Assembly (NCBI GenBank): GCA_030141605.1
Contig: JAQGDQ010000394.1
Span: 1-64,000, forward strand
Direction of reading: 5' to 3'
Length of the DNA stretch: 64,000 nucleotides
Origin: Tubiluchus corallicola
Taxonomy: Eukaryota > Animalia > Priapulida
How positions within the stretch are numbered: position 1 is the first letter of the stretch; every line of letters starts with the position of its first letter. A program made the translations under genes and the position numbers. The notes beneath the pieces were generated by a model. The model was not told where the DNA came from. It saw nothing but the letters and a program-made list of their open reading frames with translations, and made no database searches. Shown here one piece after another: positions 54,620 to 64,000 of this stretch.

Positions 54620-56099
54620 TAGTTCTTTTTCATTGAATTTTCGGTACCTGAAATAGGTTTCAGAAAAATCGCCTTGAGAAATTATATTACTTTATGTGCA
54701 TGCCGTAAAATAGGGGAAAAAAGTACATGTTAAACTATGTCCTAAAAGACTTTCCATGTAAAATTATATGTAAAAGTTCTTAGCATTTCGCTTACCTGTT
54801 TGAAAGACTTATGCAACTACAAAAGATAATTATTAATTATGTATAATGCTTTTACCAATTGGTAAAATCTCGCTGATTCACCCTCCAGGGTGCACCACTT
54901 ACTAACCAGAAACGTATTTTTAATCTTATTGACAAGATACATCAATTTTAAATTTTACTTAGTTAGTGACCTGAGCGCTACCAATGCTCTGATTATTTTT
55001 CGAACTTTACAGAATGTTATCTAAACTTGTTTCAAATGACTTATCGCCAAAATGGCTGCATCTAACGGTCATTGCGGGAGTTCAAATTTACGTGTTTTAT
55101 ACAGCGTTATTGCCGTAGCAAGTCTGATATGCAAAAAGGCAGTATGTCGGTGGTCTAAAATTTCAAGACGATTTTTCAAGTTTTATGTAAGTTGGGGGTT
55201 TTCTTCTGCTTTAATAGTAACTACTAAAATTAAAGTATGCATGCACTGTACAGTAACAGTTGTCATGTTTTTCGATCATGTGAAAGAATGGTGCTCTGTC
55301 TCCTATTACACATGAACTGTTGGTGATAATAAACTGCTATTTTTACAAAACAATGCGCTTTTAATTATGATTAAGTTTGTGGAGTTTAACTGCAAAGCTT
55401 TTTACGGCAGTTGAAAAATTGGAAAAATTAGCAGTTTCTTGAATAGCAGTACTAATGATTTAAGGAAACAACTAAAATGAATCACGCTGTGAAAAACCTT
55501 GTGTTATGTACAAACACGAGGTTGAAAGAGGTGATCAGTTGAAAGTAGGTAGCTATTGGCACCTACATTGATTTGATAAGTAATATATTTAACAGTGCAG
55601 TGCCTGTTTATTTATATCTAGGTTGTACAAGAATTAGATTAAATGCATACATACTGTAGCCCAATAAAGCCAAGTTGTAAATATCGTAAATACTTTATTA
55701 TCTGTATTTAATCGTGAGAAACTACTAACCGATAATTGTATATTGATTTATACGTATAATGATTGTTTGTTAACTATGATTTGTTGGACTATGTTCCAAA
55801 ATAAAAGTATTCAATCAATCAAAAAAATCAATTATCAAACAATCTGCAGTTTTGCTGTTTATAGGAGCTCAGTTACAACTTTCCCTTTTGGTTGACTATC
55901 AGGCGTCATTGATAAGATGATTAAAAGTTTTTATGAATTCATGAAACTTTTTGAAAGAACGATTAAGCTATAATAATCATAATTAAAACTATTCGGCTAA
56001 ATTTAACTTAATTTATAATTTTAATTTAATTTATTGGGTTAACAATACATTTACATATGCATTACAATTATTATGCTAAACATATTTACAAAGTATTAG

Positions 56100-57110
56100 T
56101 GACAATACAAATTAAAGCAGGTTACATCATTGTTTGATGTACAATATACCCAGTTGAGATGCATAACAATTAAATATTACAATAAGACAACAAACATAAC
56201 AATAATCAGACGTGCAGATAATATATTACTTTTTTTAATACTGTTTTGCTCTGTTTGACTTGATTTTAAAATAATTTCTGACAATGTTACTGATTAAATG
56301 TAATACTTCGAATTATCATTTCCAAGGATAAATTTAAACTTTTCTTTATTCACGTCTGGGAAATTAGCAAATAGTCTTGAAATTTGGTCAAATAAACACT
56401 TTCGTTTCTTTTGATGCTACTTTTACAAAATAGCACAATATAGTACAATTTTACAAATTATTACAATATGTACATACACTTTGATGATCGTGTTATGTAG
56501 AATACAAGATTTCGAACTCTAAATAGTTCATTTTCACTTTGAATTTAATTTTATTTCGACGTCTTATCTGCTTCCCTGCTTGTATGATGTCTTTGGATAC
56601 AAGGCCTTACCTTGCATGATGATTTACATCATTAACTGCCTCCCTTTTCTTCAGTTGCTTGGTTTTATCCTCTCCACTTCTGCTGTTTTTTTGTTTTTTT
56701 TTGCTACATGGGCGTCCTGTGTAACCATAATTTATTTTTGTTTCGTACTGCCATAATTCGTTGCATCTGTCTAACATTCTGTCCAAAATTTCCAACGTAA
56801 TCAATACTCAATTTTTCTATACAGCTGTCAGACTAACAAGGCAAAAATTTAGTTAACAAACCGGTATTTCTTATTGTAGTTGTTGCTGGCTGTATTACTA
56901 TCTGTCACTAGACTGTCATCAAGCTACCTCTATCATTATTATGACTAATGCTGTTAACTCATTGGTGCGACATGATAGGCTTTTATTGGTCATTGTTGAA
57001 ATTTCTTGCTTGACAGACATTGTAATATTAGTAAACATACTATTAATTAAAACCATCACCTTAATTGTTCGAATTTTAATTTGCGCTAGCAAGGACTTCA
57101 TCGAGATTAT
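56100..57110 (-). mobile_element. Heavily decayed LINE remnant
   Basis: Minus-strand fragments resembling an endonuclease start (TNKSLSCRTNELTALV) and an ORF2 tail (RKCLFDQISRLF...KFILGND); lies inside an insertion absent from the sister duplicate. Confidence 0.4.
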
Positions 57111-60100
57111 GAGAAGCGTTTGCACCTCGCAGACCGGCCTCGCACCAAACGAAACGTGTCGCTGAGAACCGCTTTCTTTGCGTCACTGAGTAGGCCGCGT
57201 GGTGAACAGTAGCGAAAGACACCTCCTCTTGCAATTTTGGGTAAGGAAGGAATGGTTGTACTTTTTTGTTTCTCTGAAATAACAGTATCAAAAACTTGTA
57301 ACGAGTTTTGCCCAATTAGTAAAAATTGTCTTGTATAGCAACTGAAATGTTTGTTCTTCTTACTGACGAGCTTAAAAACTTCGTCATGTTCCTATTGGCT
57401 TCTGTCACAATAGTTAACAGTCTTGCGGTTTGAGTGTAGATACTGATCGTTGCTGATATTAACGTGGTCATGGTTGAAATTCATTAAAAAGAGCATAAAT
57501 TGCTAATCCTTATTTTTGTGCACTACTTTTAATTGGCGCATAACAATGTTAAGTTGGATCGTCTGCGTTAAATTTATCCATGTGTGAAATGAGGCTGAAA
57601 TGGTCAACCATTTAGGCGTTTAACCGACCCCTAACTGATGTAACGTTTAGAAAATCAGTAACCATTGCTCAGCCAAGCTTTCTACGATCTGTATTCATGA
57701 CATCTTGTACCTTTTTTGAGTTGGCGTACTTAGTTAATAAAGCCTGCTTACATAGAATTGTACTATTTACAACATTGTTTCGGTTAATCTGGTGGCAGCC
57801 TAAGAAACATGTAAACGGTAAATTGAAAAAAGTTTTCCCTTGCGTATGCTGCCGCTGCCATGTTGCACATTCATGCTGATGTGTCCTAGATTTGAACTGC
57901 ACCGCTTACTCGTGTAAGGAATGAATGAACTATTAATTTAAAAAAATCAAAATCCAAAAGAAACAGACAAATGCAAGTATAGTTAACTAAAATGTATAAC
58001 TAAAATTCCACTGGGAGATTAATTTTTGCTTGTTGAAACTCTGTTACATTAACTTCTTACGATGCAGTCGGATGTAACTACTTATCCGTCCCGCAGCAGG
58101 TGTGCATTTACAGCATATAACAGCCAAAAATTTTGCGCACATTGTGATTCCATGATGTGTGAGTAAATCATCCATATGTTTCTATATAAATTAAATTTTG
58201 TTGTTCAAAAATGTTTTCAAGCATTCGAAACGGTTCATAATTTACTCATGTATTGAAGAAATATTAAGTTGAGTTAACAGTCTCAGCCCTAGTTTGATAT
58301 CCATCTACACTTAAATAGATCTTCTGTAATTGAAATGAGCTACATTAAAAGTTCCAGTGAAGAACTAACAAAGAGTATAAAATTTGAGTTTTTATTTAGT
58401 TAAAAAAAAGAAAATAATACAAGAAATTTAAAATAACTAGATTAAAATTTAGATTTTCTTGAAAATAGTTTGACGATGAAGAAAAGAATGATAACATTGA
58501 TGTTCCGTCACTCACTTAATATACATTAGACGCCACTTACTAGACTCACTTTAGGATGGTAGTGTTTTGACGTTATTAACCGACTGATTCAATTATGCCG
58601 TCGGGTGTACTAATTACTACTGTAGAAGTAAAGTCATCACTCTCACATTGATGTGCATTGCAAAGACTTTAAGTGAATTTTAGAAACGAGTTAATGTCAA
58701 AATTCATATGTGCAATTATTTAAGAATACTAATGAATATAAGTGAATTAATTAAAAAAGTTAAAAAATAGCACAAATCTGATCATTACCACTAAAAATTA
58801 CAAAAATTCGTGCAAGGTCAGTTGCTTCATTTCTTCACCAAGAAGTTGGTTTACAAAATTCTTGAAATGATAAAAATGTTGAAAATCTGTTGCTGCTATG
58901 TAAAGATGACAAAAAGCTAGCAAAAGGTCACACACAAGTGTCTTATTTTAAGTATGTGAAGGAAAAGTATTGAGTGAATTATGCGGAGTTGTTTAAGTCA
59001 ATTACCGACAGTTTTTATATACATTTGAATAGGAGCGGTCCATAGCAGACGTTTTTGAGTCAATTAAGCGACTGATTCTATTAAACGTGAGTCTAATAAA
59101 TGGTGCCTACTGTATTTAACATAAAAATTACAAATGATACATGCATGCCTTGTAATGGCAGCCATTATGCTATAGAGACTTTTCTCATATTTTCTCAAAT
59201 GAGCCATGATGCCAAACTGCTAGGATTATTGCATGTGATGACTGTATGTCTTCCTTTTTTCATGGTCAATGTTTTTTCTTACAGATGAGGAAGGAGATTG
59301 TTGTTTGACGAAGTTACAATGGCAAAATCCAAAAATCACACCAATCACAACCAAAGTAAGTTTCTGTTGTTTAGTAACTTCAGTAATATTTATCACTTTG
59401 CATTTTTAAATATTTTAATGTGTTAAAGACAGAAAGATTATTATATACTGCTATTTATGGTCTGTTTTTCCAAGATTCCAGGTGTCTCCTAATATTCTTT
59501 CTGAACTTTTTGATTTTTCTTTTAAATACCGGGTTTATTTACCAGTAAATGTTTTTGGGATTTTATTATTATTTATTTTTTATATTATTTTTAAACATCA
59601 AGCAGCAACTATAACTGTAAAAAGTGGGAATATCTTTTTCACAGTTTGACACAAGTTCTTCAATCTGAAATCCATCACTAGATGGCGCTGATGAGGCTGA
59701 AACTTTGATCACTTTCAATAAAATTTCTATAAAACCAGATATAAAATCTCATTTCATGTACATTATACAAGCACCTGTATTTTGTTTTTATCATATATTC
59801 ATACATGTTCATGGTTTAAAGCATAGCAAAAAACTCTGACTTTTTGCCCACTAGGATGTAATTCTTATGTACTTTTAATATATCATTTATGTAAATAGCT
59901 TTTTTTTAATTAATCTTCTCTTTCAAGAAAAACTGGATGATTGTGTAAACATAAGTTCAGAGTAAAGAATGCTCTAAATTATTGAACACTACAATAGCTT
60001 TGTCTTTTTAATTAACATCTTCTTTAATCTTTCTTAACATGTAAATTGCATTTTATCCATGTAATTCATTTTATTTTATATTTTCCTAGTTGTATCTATT

Positions 60101-60443
60101 TTGTGACTTAAGTTCATGTATGTTTACAACCTGAATAACACAATAAAGTGAAAAAAGAAATAAAACAGCATCGAGTTAAAAGTCAATGATCTTTACGAAT
60201 GTTTTAGGCAGTAAATAAATGTTTTTTCCAGATCGTAAACAACACAGAAATAAGATAAAAAAGCCTCGCACTCATAAACATCCGTCATTGAAAGGCGTAA
60301 GTACATAGAATTCTATTATTGTGGTCGTTCCTATTACTTTTTTCATGTACAGGGTGGATGCAAAAAGTATGCCTTTTTTAAAATACTTGTATTGGTGCAA
60401 TAAAGGTATTCGTCAATTCAGACCTCTGTAAAAAATAATTGCT

Positions 60444-60447
<4 letters not shown>

Positions 60448-60511
<64 letters not shown>

Positions 60512-60548
60512 CCTCCCTCCCTCCCTCCCTCTCCCTCTCTCTCTCTCT
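60448..60548. repeat. (TC)n/(TCCC)n microsatellite
   Basis: Direct reading. Confidence 0.97.
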
Positions 60549-61276
60549 GCCTGTGCTAATTTAGGATGATTTACAGTTTTAGAGACAGATATATAATGTC
60601 TTAATTCGCAAGAGCTTCCCATTCTCCCTCTTTCTGCAAATATTTTGACTACCTTTTCAGAAGCTGATTTTAATTCAAAATTCAGGACAATTTTCAGGAC
60701 TTGAAGAGAGTTCATTTTAGGAATGTATGGTATGCATGGGTTTGCATAGAGTTTACTGCGACACAAAATGTCATCTGGTACAAATATCCTGCGCTACAGT
60801 GATTATAAGGAATTATAAATTATGATAAAGATTTGTAGAGATTATAAAAAAATCCTTTACTGTTAAAATGTTTGTTCGAAATGGTCTTACATATACAGTG
60901 CAGTCAATCGAGCTTCTGTAGCTTTTGTTATCTTTACAAAGCTGCTGTGGTGATGCCGTGTGATTTGATGCCATGCTTAGCCAGATTTGAAAGTTACATT
61001 CATAGAACTAGTCCATTGAGAGATCAGATTATTCAGTTAGTTCAGCAAACACCTCAGATGCAGTCAGTGTTTTTGTGAAATTTACAATTAACTCTGTACA
61101 TACTAGGTTGCTATAACAATCAAGAAGTCACATACTGAGAACACTTGAAAGGACAAGCAGTTTAATTAGAAATCCTGAACATTTGGCTTGTTCTTTGCTG
61201 CTCCTTCACATATTTTCTGATTTTAATTAATAAGTAATCAGTAATTTGAAAAATTGTGTACATATTTAGATTTTCT

Positions 61277-63163
61277 CTAAAACTGATTTTTATTTTCATT
61301 AATAGCTTTTGCAACTGATAACAACAAAATCGTAAAAAGTTCTATGACTAGTGCAATACCATGCATACTGTAGTGACATCTGTTGACGCGAAAGAGAATG
61401 TTTTGTAAGCTGTTGCCTTTTACTTTTTTAGGTCGATCCGAAATTTTTACGCAATATGAGGTTCGCCAAGAAGCACAATAAGAAAAATGTAACTGCAGCG
61501 TAATCCATTTCTGCCTGTAGATGGAGCTGCTGGCGTGATAAACTTCCAGAGACATCTGAATTTTACCTGTAAATTTCTGTTGTTGAAAGAATGTGAAAGT
61601 TTTTAGCAATTGGTTTGTTAGTTGTTTGTTTTTGTTGTTGTTTGTTTAGTAGTGGTTCTATAGTAAAACAAGAAAAAACTGCAAACAAAATGACTTTTTC
61701 TATGAGCTACTACCAGAATTTGAAAATACAAGTTTTGACAAACACAGAAACTAGTTTTTAAGAAAAGAAGTGGGTAGGGAGTTATAAAACTAAATTTTTA
61801 ATATGTTCTAACAATTTCCTCACATTTTTATGCTAGAATATAAAAGTCCAATATATTTAGTATTTGCTATTTGACCCAATCTTTGATGCATTCTATAGTT
61901 CGAAGCAGATTTAACTATGGCGAATTGTGGATGGTTTTGATTTGCAAGCACATATTTGTTAACTATAATTAAGTAGTTTACTCATCAAGATTCATTAGTT
62001 CAATAGACGAAGATACCAACATGGTAGTGTGTAATTTTTATGGAGACCATTGCGCCGTCTGTTTCTCTTTAAGAAAAAGTAACTTTGTCTCTTTTGAAGT
62101 ACATGGCAGATTGTTCAAAACTTTTCTTGTAGATTGCAGTACCTGATATTTGCAAGATCTTTACTCCTTGGTATTTTTGAAGTTTGAACAAATTAATGTG
62201 ATAACAGTGTTTAATAAATGCATCTGCAATTCTGCATTATTAACTCTTTTTAATAAGACATTGGCTTTAATGAACAACAGAAGACATCTCCAGTGATTGA
62301 TTAAGTTAACGAATCAGAGCTATTAGGAGAAATTCTTTAATGAGAAAAACTGATAAAAGTTTTTTTATCTTAAACCAGAATCTGCGAATCATTAAAATAC
62401 TGTTACAAAATTAAGCTCCTGATTCCATTTTTTCTGTCTATACTGAAAATAGGACTGAACCAACTGGAGGTCAAATCTTCTATTTGTCTCCAATTGAATT
62501 CATATTATTGTGTGCTGTATATTTTAGTATTCGAGTCAGTTACAGCTGTAATGCCACCAAAAAGCAATTGAATTTGGTAAAGACGCCATTGTTAAGAAGA
62601 ATAGAAGCTATTTTATGTTCTTGGCACATGTACTTTCAGCATCATTTTGACTCTCGCTAGGTTCTTTAAGTGTACTTTTTATTAAGTTTGTTTTACAGCC
62701 TGGTGTTTCTCTTGTTGACTTATTCAGCGCGGCATCAACCTGGCAACACTCGGGTAATTGTTTATTATCACATTTCAGTGTGCCGTTGCCATGGGAGCAG
62801 TATTGTGAAACAGTCAGTGTTTTGTCATGGCTCAACAGCTGTGCATCTTTCTGTGAAGATATCCCTTCTTGCTGCAAGGGTTCTATCCGTACTGAGCGGT
62901 GACAAAATTGTGCTTTTCTCTGTGTAAATCTCTGTGTATCTCTGTGACTCTCCTCTGATACCGTCCACATTGGTTCCTCCGATGGTTTATCAGTGCAGTC
63001 AGCTGCTAGTCTATAATTCATTACAAAACCTGGCCGCGAAATGTCTGTTAAGTCACTACCCCCATGCTGGATTTCGACTGGAGGAGAATGTGCATTTTCA
63101 TCTAAAGCATGGGAAGGTGTTAAACAAAGCTCGGTGTTACTATCCTGTCTTTGCAGTATGCAC
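61277..63163 (-). pseudogene. Decayed leucine-rich-repeat membrane protein gene
   Basis: Minus-strand fragments in expected order: cap-like SQYCSHGNGTLKCDNKQL; LRR-like IEDLTSSWFS, DKKTFISFSH*, ITGDVF...PMSY*KELIMQNC; then a putative last exon (acceptor near 61567) with KWIT...PKKVKGNSLQNI...C and a hydrophobic tail. Many stops and frameshifts. Confidence 0.5.
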
Positions 63164-63545
63164 CTAAAATATACAATATCAATTTAGAATATGTCAATAG
63201 ATTACATATCTATGGATTTTGTCACAGAACATAAGCTGTTGGGTTACCAGTTTTTTGTAATTTTGTTTTAAAATAAATAATATAAAATATTTGTTTTCTT
63301 GAAATTTGCATTATTGGACTACCTGTACTAGGCCCAGTTGTAGATGCACTCTGTCAGCTACTGAAAATTCGCTGACAGCTTCATACCAAAAGTACTTAAT
63401 TTCTTTGAATGAAGCTTGTAGGTGTAACTAACGTAATTGTAATCATTAATAATTATTCCTTGAACGGGCTTTTTGCTAGTCTGTGTAATCTGCATAGTCT
63501 GTAAACTGTGTTAATAAAATCTCCAAATTAGCTGACAATTAGCGA

Positions 63546-63676
63546 TAATTGCCAGAATTTCTATAAACATCGCGGTTAGTTTACCAATTATTACCCATTG
63601 CAGATAGTGAGTTCACCCACAACTGCTAATAATTGGTAAAATAAACCGCAATGGTTTATAAAAATTCTGGCAATTA
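63546..63676. repeat. Foldback inverted repeat (~50-bp arms)
   Basis: TAATTGCCAGAATTTCTATAAAC...TTTACCAATTATTA pairs with TAATAATTGGTAAA...GTTTATAAAAATTCTGGCAATTA. Confidence 0.88.
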
Positions 63677-64000
63677 CAGTCATAAATAACTGGTGTTAAT
63701 AAAATATATTAAATAGTTTTGCCTGACTTGCTAATTGCTGGGAATGATGTGTGGAAAGAGTGGATGGATGCAGCAAGCAATTAAGTAATCATCGAATTAG
63801 TTATGCATTAAAATTTTAACATATAATTCGGTGCAAAAGATATATTATAGTAAAGCTTCTTCCACCTGATCCTGACATAAGTACAGTAGAAGTGTGTTAG
63901 ATGCTGTTAAGCATTTCTATTATTTATGTCTGCTGACGTCTTCTAGCGGACATATCTCTTTCTTGCGTTTTGGTTTTGGCTTAGTCATAATTTTTGAACA

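Larger units (their letters stand above)
50482..60367 (+). repeat. Segmental duplicate of 42172-46055, interrupted by insertions
   Basis: High-identity colinear matches in upstream DNA, exon 1, both introns, exon 3 and downstream DNA; homology resumes at about 55549, 58292 and 60225 after unique blocks. Confidence 0.92.

Overview
AT-rich, intron-containing animal (invertebrate-type) genomic DNA; no prokaryotic features. Gene models assembled by hand from GT-AG junctions and reading-frame phase: (1) a 6-exon class C GPCR (4813-12959, +, ~941 aa) with a degenerate Venus-flytrap ectodomain and no full cysteine-rich domain (mGluR-derived, bride-of-sevenless-like); (2) KLF15 (20995-23809, +) with a 6x27-bp coding repeat at its start; (3) a tandem cluster of four paralogous 3-exon genes (27015-54619, +) for short secreted collagens: signal peptide, single-exon 43-53 Gly-X-Y helix, and an unrecognised conserved C-terminal domain (LYVWH[IL]YE...DPxDVL...Q-rich tail). 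The fourth copy is a chimera of copies 3 and 1. (4) A 2-exon, probably GPI-anchored LRR protein (47026-49177, -) and a decayed LRR gene (61277-63163, -). Between these lie a deleted Tc1 element, pogo-like and hAT-like non-autonomous elements with clear TIR/TSD, a nested solo LTR, LINE fragments, tRNA- and 5S-derived SINE-like pieces, foldbacks and many mini/microsatellites. The best candidate for an undescribed system is the short-collagen cluster. All homology statements are from motif recognition, not database searches.
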